Source of the DNA: Methanococcus maripaludis
Lineage (GTDB): Archaea > AGJL01 > Methanococci > Methanococcales > Methanococcaceae
Assembly: GCF_002945325.1 (NCBI RefSeq)
Contig: NZ_CP026606.1
Location: 600,001-632,000 of the forward strand
DNA length: 32,000 nucleotides
Direction: 5' to 3'
In this document: one piece after another, positions 22,635 to 29,764 of the stretch
How the letters are laid out: every line of letters starts with the position of its first letter
Numbering within the stretch: position 1 is the stretch's first letter
Notes under the pieces: generated by a model
Databases searched by the model: none
What the model was told of the DNA's origin: nothing
Seen by the model: the letters and a program-made list of their open reading frames with translations, nothing else
Translations under genes and position numbers: made by a program

Positions 22635-22958
22635 ATGGAATATTTTAATATTTTTGCGTATGGAGAATTGATGAAAGAAAACGTAAATCTCGAATTAATA
22701 GGGAGAATCCCCGAAAAAAATTCTGGAAAAATATATAATTTTGAAAAATTTTTTGATGAAAAAATAGGATACTGGGGAGTGAGAATAAAAGAAAATTCCT
22801 ATGTGAATGGAGTCATTCTTTTTAATATCACTTCAGACGAACTGGAAATTTTTGACGATTATGAAGATGAAGGGATATATTACTCAAAAAATAAAACTAT
22901 TTGCCGTGATTTAAATGGAAATAATTATGAATCATACGTTTACGTAAGATTGGAGTGA
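22635..22958 (+). CDS. Gamma-glutamylcyclotransferase-like (AIG2/GGACT fold) small protein
   Basis: 107 aa. The pattern IFAYGELM...V.G.L..I...ELEIFDDYE....Y......VYV fits the GGACT family. AGTGAT RBS overlaps the polB stop. Confidence 0.5.
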   Translation: MEYFNIFAYGELMKENVNLELIGRIPEKNSGKIYNFEKFFDEKIGYWGVRIKENSYVNGVILFNITSDELEIFDDYEDEGIYYSKNKTICRDLNGNNYESYVYVRLE

Positions 22959-22963
22959 AAATT

Positions 22964-24244
22964 ATGATATTGATAAAAAATGCGTCGTTTTATATAGATA
23001 ATAATTTAAATGTTCATGAAAATTGCGACATTTTAATTGAAAAAGTTGAAAATGAAACAAAACTAACTTCTGGAAAAAACCTCATTGAAAAATTAAATTT
23101 AAATCAAAATGACTTAAAAATTATTTCTGGAGAAAAAAAATGTGCAATGACTGGGCTTTATAACGCACACACCCACATTCCAATGACTCTTTTGAGGGGA
23201 ATTGCTGACGACATGATTCTTCAAAACTGGTTAAATCAAAAGATATGGCCAAATGAAGCGAAATTAACTAAAAATGATGTTTACTACGGTTCACTTTTAG
23301 GATGCCTTGAAATGCTTCGTTTTGGAGTTACATCATTTAATGAAATGTACTTTTTTTCTGAAGAAATATTGAAAGCTACAAAAGAAATTGGACTGAATGC
23401 GCAAGTATCTTATCCAATTATAGATTTTGGAACTCCTGAAGAACAAAGTATAGATAAACTGTTAACTTCTGCTGAATCTTTTGTTAAAAATAATGCTGGT
23501 GAAAAAAATATAAAAGTAGGGATTGCACCTCACGCACCATACACGTGTTCAGAAGAAACCTATCAAAAATGCAGTGAAATTTCAAACGATTACAATGTAA
23601 ATATGCACACACACGTCTCTGAAACTCGATATGAAGTAGTTGAACTTGAAAATAAAATTGGAATGCGCCCCGTAGAATATCTTGAAAAAATCGGAGTTTT
23701 GAATGAAAAATTGCATGCTGCACACTGCGTATGGATTACAAAAGACGAAGCTAAAAAACTTGCAAAAAATAATGTTAAAGTTCTGCACTGCCCAACGAGC
23801 AACATGAAACTTGCAAGTGGTGGAGTAATGCCACTTTTCGAACTTTTAGAATATGGTGCAGATATTTCAGTTGGAACTGATGGGCCTGCAAGCAATAATA
23901 ATCTTGATATCTTTAAAGAAATGAAAATGACTTCCCTTTTACATAAAGCACACCGGTGGGATCCAACCGTTGCCGGTATCGATACGGTTTTAAAAATGGG
24001 AATTAATAGTAAAAGTATTGGAATAAAAAATAACGATATTATTTTGATTGACCTTGATTCGGCACATTTAAGACCATTTAATAATATAAAATCAAATATT
24101 GTATATTCTGCGTTTGGAAACGATGTTGACACCGTAATAGTCGGTGGAAATATATTACTCGAAAACAAAAAATATAAATTCTCCGAAACATTCATAAGTA
24201 ATATCTACAAAAATATACAGAAAATAACGGAAAAATTCGAGTAA
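22964..24244 (+). CDS. mtaD: Amidohydrolase: 5-methylthioadenosine/S-adenosylhomocysteine/5'-deoxyadenosine deaminase (MtaD/DadD)
   Basis: YNAHTHIPMTLLRGIADDM.LQNWL, HVSET, HC.W and GTDG metal and substrate motifs. ATG 22964 follows GGAGTGA, and the upstream gene's stop overlaps this region. Confidence 0.85.
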   Translation: MILIKNASFYIDNNLNVHENCDILIEKVENETKLTSGKNLIEKLNLNQNDLKIISGEKKCAMTGLYNAHTHIPMTLLRGIADDMILQNWLNQKIWPNEAKLTKNDVYYGSLLGCLEMLRFGVTSFNEMYFFSEEILKATKEIGLNAQVSYPIIDFGTPEEQSIDKLLTSAESFVKNNAGEKNIKVGIAPHAPYTCSEETYQKCSEISNDYNVNMHTHVSETRYEVVELENKIGMRPVEYLEKIGVLNEKLHAAHCVWITKDEAKKLAKNNVKVLHCPTSNMKLASGGVMPLFELLEYGADISVGTDGPASNNNLDIFKEMKMTSLLHKAHRWDPTVAGIDTVLKMGINSKSIGIKNNDIILIDLDSAHLRPFNNIKSNIVYSAFGNDVDTVIVGGNILLENKKYKFSETFISNIYKNIQKITEKFE

Positions 24245-24272
24245 TTTATCACTTTAAACTTCTGGTGACTTG

Positions 24273-24917
24273 ATGATAAAAATTGACATGCACGTACACA
24301 CAAACACGTCCAGATGCTCCATGAACTTTTTGGAAATGTTAAAAAAGATGTGCAGTAGAAAACATATTTTGCCGATAATTACTGATCACAATGCCATGAC
24401 TAAAGTCGACTTCGGAATACCTGGAGAAGAGATTTCAACAGAAAAAGGAGAATTTTGTGGACTCTTTTTAACTGAAGAAATTCAGGAAAAAAACATATTC
24501 GAAGCTGTCGACCAGGTAAAAGAACAGGGCGGGCTTATTTATCTGCCCCACCCATTTGACTGGAGAAGAAGGAGGTCTCTTTGTAAATATGGGGAACTTG
24601 AAAATCCAGAGTTTATAAAAAATGTGGATATAGTCGAAGTATATAACAGCCGGTGTGTCGAGCAAAGACCAAATGATGAAGCATACTCTTTTGCAGAAAC
24701 TAACAACCTCTTGATGGGTGTTGGAAGTGATGCGCATTTCCCATGGGAAGTAGGCAATGCATATTTGAATGTTGAAGATTTTGATTTAGATAATCCAAAA
24801 GAATTTTTAAAAGTTCTAAAAAAAGCCGATAAAAATGGGTTTTACTGCAAAAGGTCACACCCAAGCAACATGCTTGTATGCAGTAAACTCTCAAAAAGAA
24901 TTAAAAAACTAATCTGA
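24273..24917 (+). CDS. PHP-domain metal-dependent phosphoesterase
   Basis: IDMHVHTNTS (HxH) N-terminus, then PHP, GSDAH. GGTGA RBS is present. Confidence 0.75.
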   Translation: MIKIDMHVHTNTSRCSMNFLEMLKKMCSRKHILPIITDHNAMTKVDFGIPGEEISTEKGEFCGLFLTEEIQEKNIFEAVDQVKEQGGLIYLPHPFDWRRRRSLCKYGELENPEFIKNVDIVEVYNSRCVEQRPNDEAYSFAETNNLLMGVGSDAHFPWEVGNAYLNVEDFDLDNPKEFLKVLKKADKNGFYCKRSHPSNMLVCSKLSKRIKKLI

Positions 24918-24922
24918 TTTTT

Positions 24923-26107
24923 ATGGACAAAACTTATTTTTCAGAAGATATTTTAAATTTTGAAGAATTCATTATAGATGCGTCTAAAAAATTAAATATT
25001 GATGAGGATAGTCTGAAAAGCGGATTTAAAAGAAAATTAATCACTAAATATGAGTATAACGGGGAAAAATACCTTTGTTTTAAAAAAAAGTTGAAACATA
25101 TTGAAAGAGGGACAATCCTTTTTTTAAACGATAATTTAGATTTTATTATTGGGTATCCAAAAATAAGACGTGCAATGGTGCTTGAATCATCTGTTAAAAA
25201 ATATTTTAACGGAAAAATTGCAGTAGAAGAAAAATTAGATGGCTACAACATACGAATCGTGAAAATGCACGATGAAATCATTGCAATTACTCGCGGAGGA
25301 AAAATCTGTCCATTTACAACTAAAAAAGTAAAAAAATATATTAATACAAAATTTTTAGACGATTTTCCAGAATTAATGCTCTGTGGTGAAATGGTCGGAT
25401 TAAATAATCCTTACGTGAATCACTACTATCCTGAAGCAGACAAGACTTATGAAAACCTCGGTTTTTATATTTTTGATGTAAGAAATAAAGAAACTAACCT
25501 TGCTCTTTCGATATATGAAAAAGAAAAAATTTTGGATGAATATAATATTCCTTACGTAAAACCGATAAAAATCATCGATAGTAGAGACATTGATGAATTA
25601 TGGGATATTTTAGACGATTTAAACGAAAATCATAGAGAAGGCGTAGTTTTAAAAGACCCTGAAATGATAAAAAATCCGATAAAATACACCACCCACAGTA
25701 CGCAGTGTGGAGATCTTTCAATCGCATTTAGCTACGTTTACGACCTTGGAATTGATTTTATGTTCAGCCGACTTGTAAGGGAAGGTTATCAGTCTTTTGA
25801 AAAATGCGAAAGCGAAGAAGAAAGAAAAAAAAGAGCACATGATCTTGGAGAATCAATTTTACTCCCCATGGTTGAAACCATAAATGAAATTTCAAAAGAA
25901 TCAGTTGCAAAAGAATGTTTTGAGCTTTATTTTGATTCGGAAGCAGAATTTAACGAATTTATAAACTACCTTAAAACTATGCATATTAATTTTACCGTTG
26001 AAAGCAGGGAGTATATTAAAAAAGATATATTTAAGGCCAAAATAAATAGAATCTATAATTCAACGTCAGATAAGATTAAAAGTCACCTTGACGGCAATTT
26101 ATGGTAA
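24923..26107 (+). CDS. ATP-dependent RNA ligase, archaeal Rnl3 family (Pab1020/MthRnl-like)
   Basis: Nucleotidyltransferase motif I EEKLDGYNIRI (the KxDG lysine), motif EGVVLK, and N- and C-terminal dimerisation-type extensions. The length of 394 aa is typical of the family. Confidence 0.8.
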   Translation: MDKTYFSEDILNFEEFIIDASKKLNIDEDSLKSGFKRKLITKYEYNGEKYLCFKKKLKHIERGTILFLNDNLDFIIGYPKIRRAMVLESSVKKYFNGKIAVEEKLDGYNIRIVKMHDEIIAITRGGKICPFTTKKVKKYINTKFLDDFPELMLCGEMVGLNNPYVNHYYPEADKTYENLGFYIFDVRNKETNLALSIYEKEKILDEYNIPYVKPIKIIDSRDIDELWDILDDLNENHREGVVLKDPEMIKNPIKYTTHSTQCGDLSIAFSYVYDLGIDFMFSRLVREGYQSFEKCESEEERKKRAHDLGESILLPMVETINEISKESVAKECFELYFDSEAEFNEFINYLKTMHINFTVESREYIKKDIFKAKINRIYNSTSDKIKSHLDGNLW

Positions 26108-26174
26108 TTTAAACATTTTGTATTGGTTTTGTTATTAGAAAACATTAAATATATAGATACCATATCTAAGTATG

Positions 26175-26286
26175 TCTTTAGGGACACTCCATGTGAATAA
26201 TTGTGGTCGTGTGGGGCATATTCTTAAATTGTGGTTGGGGAACCTGAAAGTTATATGCCCCTCGAAAACGACTGGCTTTTTTGTAT
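26175..26286 (+). ncRNA. Candidate small structured RNA of unknown class
   Basis: TTAAATATATA box at 26146-26156. A 9-bp perfect long-range stem GGGGCATAT (26213-26221) / ATATGCCCC (26253-26261) encloses the hairpin GGTT-GGGG-AACC (26233-26244). A T6 run lies at 26277-26282. The segment is locally G-rich and has no ORF. Confidence 0.3.
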
Positions 26287-26683
26287 TGATTTAAAAAATT
26301 TAAAAGAATCTTTTAAATAGTGTCAAAATAACTATTTTTAACGAAATTAACGAAATTCAGTAAAAAAATAGATAAAAAAGCATTCTAAAGTTTTTTATAA
26401 ACTTAATTAATAAAAGTTTTGGGGTTGACATATCATTATTGATATGATTAAATATAACTTAAAGTAATAGATGTACTAGAAATGGCTCGATGATGATTGT
26501 CATCACAAGAAATATATATTAAATCTATATATGTTTCGAGGTAATTTATCATCGTTAACATCCCGATTTTTAAAAAATTAAGTTCCTTATTTTGACGATT
26601 AAAGAGCGGAAAACGCTTATTTTTTTAGACGATTTTTAGACGAATAAAACGACTATTTTTAAGATTTATGTAAAAAACGATTA
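26267..26683 (+). repeat. Iteron-like array of ACGA-core motifs
   Basis: AACGACT 26267-73; perfect tandem TAACGAAAT x2 at 26339-56; inverted copy ATCGTTA 26551-57; GACGATT 26594-600; TTTAGACGA at 26624-32 and 26635-43 (11-bp phasing); AAACGACTA 26647-55; AAAACGATTA 26675-83. Confidence 0.45.
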
Positions 26684-26689
26684 ATCTAT

Positions 26690-27195
26690 GGTTATTCATT
26701 TTGGCGAGTTTCTAAGTTGTACGTGGATTTCCCACCCCAACACCTTGATTACTATTATAAGTCCTGACGGAGCAGGCGAACTTACCAAAGGGTATACGCC
26801 AAACCCCTCTTACAGGGGTTTGGCTACCGCCAAGATAGGGGCTAACGCCCATGAAAAGTGCCTTTGGGCAGATTGATTTTATCGGAGTTATGAATTGCTA
26901 ACGCAATTCATTCAATTAGGCTTACGTTAAGCTACTTCGGACACCTGGTCCGATTGCTTTCGCAGGTCGCGACCTGCTCAGACGTTTCTCGAACCGCCAA
27001 GATTGATTTTATTTTTTAGAGTGTAGGCAGTTCTCCGGAACGCCACGCAATCTATAAATTTAAACACGTCAAGCCCATGGCTTATATACCCTTTCGGGTA
27101 TAAATCGCCGGGGCGATAGTTAGAGCTTAGAGCTTATTGATTAATGACCCTTCGGGTCGGGATTCCAAAAAGAAGAATAATTCACCGTTTTTAAT
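26690..27195. ncRNA. GC-rich hairpin-dense island: candidate large or multi-part structured RNA, or ssDNA-structure element; class unknown
   Basis: GC is 33/60 at 26761-26820 and 35/60 at 26941-27000, against 11/60 at 26341-26400 (my counts). There are at least 12 near-perfect stem-loops, T-run terminators at 27007-17 and 27188-92, and no credible ORF. Confidence 0.4.
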
Positions 27196-27202
27196 AGTTA
27201 AA

Positions 27203-27229
27203 TTTATATAGTATAACTACTATATAGTA
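27203..27229 (+). promoter_or_regulatory. Promoter with a TATA-containing repeat/operator for the polyvalent-protein operon
   Basis: TTTATATA lies at 27203-27210. TATATAGTA occurs at 27205-13 and 27221-29. The first copy forms a perfect 9-bp inverted repeat with TACTATATA at 27218-26. GGTGG RBS is at 27253-57, and the ATG is at 27263. Confidence 0.45.
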
Positions 27230-27262
27230 GCTTATACAGAAGGTAACAAAACGGTGGTAGAA

Positions 27263-29320
27263 ATGGTTAAAAAATCAGTTAAAGATATTATAACGGAAAA
27301 AATTATAAATAGATTAGAATCCGGCGATATTCCTTGGATTAAACCGTGGGGCTTTACTCCATCAGTAAATTATGTAACAGGTAAAGAGTACACCGGAATA
27401 AATAGAGTTTCTTTGGAGAAAGGGGGTGAATATTTAACATTTAAACAGATTGATGAATTAGGCGGAAAAGTCAAAAAAGGAAGTAAAGCGGAAAAAGTAG
27501 TATTTTATAAAGAATATGAAAAAATCGAAAGAGATCCCGATGACCCCGATTTAATGAACATAAAAGACACTTTCGCTTTAAGATATTATAATGTGTTTCA
27601 TATATCCGATGTCGAAGGAATAAGAAGTAAACTTCCAGAAATGCCAGAAATAAAACATAATCCAATAAAAAATGCTGAAGAAATAATAAATAATTATGAA
27701 ATCCCAGTAAATGAAATAGAACTCCGAAAAAGGGCAACATATGACCCGATAACGGATAAAATAGAAGTTCCAACAAGAAACCAATTTAAAAAAATAGAAG
27801 GTTTTTATGGAACTGCATTTCATGAAATCGGACACAGTACAGGACATGAAACAAGATTAAACCGCCCCGAATTAATAAAACCGTGTGCATTTGGTAGTAA
27901 AAACTATTCAAAAGAAGAACTGACCGCAGAAATAACCGCATCATTTTTAAATAATCATTGTGGGATCTTTGAAAATAATATTGAAAACAACGCCGGATAT
28001 ATACAAAGTTGGATAAAAGCATTAAAAAATGATAATAATATGATCCTTTACGCATCAGCAAAAGCGGAAAAAGCTTTAAATTATGTTTTGGAAAGTGTAG
28101 AAAAGAATAAATCAAAAATAACCGAAACAATAACAGAAATTAAAACAGTTAAAAAAGTTCAGGCGGATTTATTAGATTTTATTAAAAATCAACCTGAAAC
28201 CCCTTCTTTTAAACCTGAAATAAAACCGGAACCAATAAAAGAAGAAGCAAAGAGAATTAATTTAAAAGCTGCGAAAAGTTTGGAAGCAAAAGCGGAAAGC
28301 CTGAATAAAAAAATTGAAAAAAAATTAAGTTGCTTTGCAAATTGCAACATGACGAGAAGACGTGCAAACTTTAGAGAAAGTGCGAGAATTGATGCAGAAA
28401 ATTTAAAAAAAGTACAAAGTGTTTTATTTAATTTAGCAAAACTCCACAGAAGCGGAGAAATTAAAAAAGAAGTTGAAAATATAAATGCAGTTTCACAAGT
28501 TGAAATATTATTATGCGAACACGTCAAATATAAAACTCCAAACGATATTGAGCCCGATTATGGGGAATGGGCAAAAGAAGAGATTTTAAAAAGATTTAAA
28601 ATGTTTAATAAATTAAATATTCATTCTCAGAACGATTTAAACGAAACAAGGGAAATTTTAAAAAGTTTAATTCTTGAAGAAAGCCAGGACGAAAAAACAA
28701 AAAGAGAACTTCAAAAACTGGAAGATAATTTGATCGGTTTAAAAATTCCTGGATTTTTCCCAACTCCCAAAGAAATTATAAAAGATATGATCGATAAGGC
28801 AGAAATAAAAGAGAATGATTCTATCCTTGAACCCTCCGCAGGAAAGGGAGATATTGCAGAAGTAATAAACGAAGAAACCGGAATAAAAGCCGATTGTATC
28901 GAAATAAATCCAACATTACAAACAATATTAAATAAAAAAGGTTTTGAAACAGTAGAAAGTAATTTTTTAGAATTTAATGGTAAATATGATAAAATTATAA
29001 TGAATCCACCTTTTGAAAAAGGTCAAGATATAGAACACGTAACCCACGCATACAATTTATTAAACAATGGCGGAAAGCTTGTTTCGATTATGTCAAATTC
29101 AGTAACATTTAGAAATGATAAAAAATATATGGAATTTAGAGAATTTTTAAAAGAAAATAACGGATATATTGAAGAACTTCCAGAAGGATCTTTTAAAAAA
29201 TCCTTCAACAGCACAGGAGTTAAAACTATAATGGTAGTTATTGAAAAAAACTACCCTTCATCAAATTTTTCTTTAGCCACAGCCCCGACACCACACCACT
29301 CAAGAAAAATGTATGTTTAA
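27263..29320 (+). CDS. Polyvalent fusion protein: ArdC-N (DUF1738) ssDNA-binding domain + ArdC-type HExxH metallopeptidase + helical linker + N6-adenine (NPPF) DNA methyltransferase
   Basis: The N-terminus (ITEKIINRLESGDIPWIKPW...TGKEYTGINRVSL...YLTFKQIDELGGKVKKG...YYNVFHISDVEG) matches ArdC-N. FHEIGHSTGHETRLNR...YSKEELTAEI matches the ArdC C-terminal metallopeptidase. The C-terminus has FFPTP, motif I ILEPSAGKGDI and motif IV IIMNPPF. ATG 27263 is preferred over GTG 27254. Confidence 0.8.
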   Translation: MVKKSVKDIITEKIINRLESGDIPWIKPWGFTPSVNYVTGKEYTGINRVSLEKGGEYLTFKQIDELGGKVKKGSKAEKVVFYKEYEKIERDPDDPDLMNIKDTFALRYYNVFHISDVEGIRSKLPEMPEIKHNPIKNAEEIINNYEIPVNEIELRKRATYDPITDKIEVPTRNQFKKIEGFYGTAFHEIGHSTGHETRLNRPELIKPCAFGSKNYSKEELTAEITASFLNNHCGIFENNIENNAGYIQSWIKALKNDNNMILYASAKAEKALNYVLESVEKNKSKITETITEIKTVKKVQADLLDFIKNQPETPSFKPEIKPEPIKEEAKRINLKAAKSLEAKAESLNKKIEKKLSCFANCNMTRRRANFRESARIDAENLKKVQSVLFNLAKLHRSGEIKKEVENINAVSQVEILLCEHVKYKTPNDIEPDYGEWAKEEILKRFKMFNKLNIHSQNDLNETREILKSLILEESQDEKTKRELQKLEDNLIGLKIPGFFPTPKEIIKDMIDKAEIKENDSILEPSAGKGDIAEVINEETGIKADCIEINPTLQTILNKKGFETVESNFLEFNGKYDKIIMNPPFEKGQDIEHVTHAYNLLNNGGKLVSIMSNSVTFRNDKKYMEFREFLKENNGYIEELPEGSFKKSFNSTGVKTIMVVIEKNYPSSNFSLATAPTPHHSRKMYV

Positions 29321-29334
29321 ATTAAAGTGATAAT

Positions 29335-29553
29335 ATGAAACCAAGCGAAAAAGAAGTTTTTGAATTATTTTTAGTAAATCAAATAGTTACTGCACCAATT
29401 GCAGAATTATTGACTGGACGAAACATTACAACTTGTAAACGGGCATTATTGGAACTTAAAGAAATGGATTTGATAACTTTAGCACAAAGAAAAGCAGGAT
29501 ATTATATTCCAACTGAAAAAGGGGAAGGTGAATTGAAAAAAATTGAATTATAA
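29335..29553 (+). CDS. Small winged-helix-type DNA-binding protein (putative element regulator)
   Basis: 72 aa. It starts 14 nt after the polyvalent gene, with an AGTGAT RBS. The HTH-like segment is IAELLTGRNITTCKRALLELKEMDLI, followed by a beta-wing-like AGYYIPTEKG. Confidence 0.5.
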   Translation: MKPSEKEVFELFLVNQIVTAPIAELLTGRNITTCKRALLELKEMDLITLAQRKAGYYIPTEKGEGELKKIEL

Positions 29554-29764
29554 AATAGTGCCTTTCTGCTGCATTCAAAATATATTTTTATATTTTTTTA
29601 ATTTGTTTTTTCATGCTGCAGACAGTTCATATATTTTTCTTATACGACTTCAAAAATTCCAGGAACAGCTCCTGAAGAAAAATTTTAATCTTTGAAAAAT
29701 CCGTTAAATTTAATTTAAAAGATAAATAGAAGTATTTCTTATAGTAAAAATTTAAAAAAAGTAA

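Noticed and set aside
23590-24195. 201-aa ORF antisense to the deaminase gene (also 23484-23723 and 23582-23788)
   Set aside because: It is fully embedded opposite a strongly supported amidohydrolase CDS. It has low-complexity composition and no start context.
26425-26455. Bacterial-looking TTGACA-N18-TAAATA promoter
   Set aside because: The host is an archaeon that uses TATA/BRE promoters, so the resemblance is probably coincidental in AT-rich DNA. The overlapping palindrome is reported separately within the iteron finding.
26688-26876. 62-aa ORF (MVIHFGEFLSCTW...) in the ORF track
   Set aside because: It has no RBS and no recognisable family. It lies entirely inside the GC-rich hairpin island, where stems such as 26798-26824 would be translated. 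An open frame is expected by chance in GC-richer sequence with fewer stop codons.
26267-27134. Possible CRISPR array, given the many short repeats
   Set aside because: The repeats are 7-12 nt, heterogeneous and irregularly spaced. There is no 25-40-nt repeat/spacer periodicity and no cas genes.
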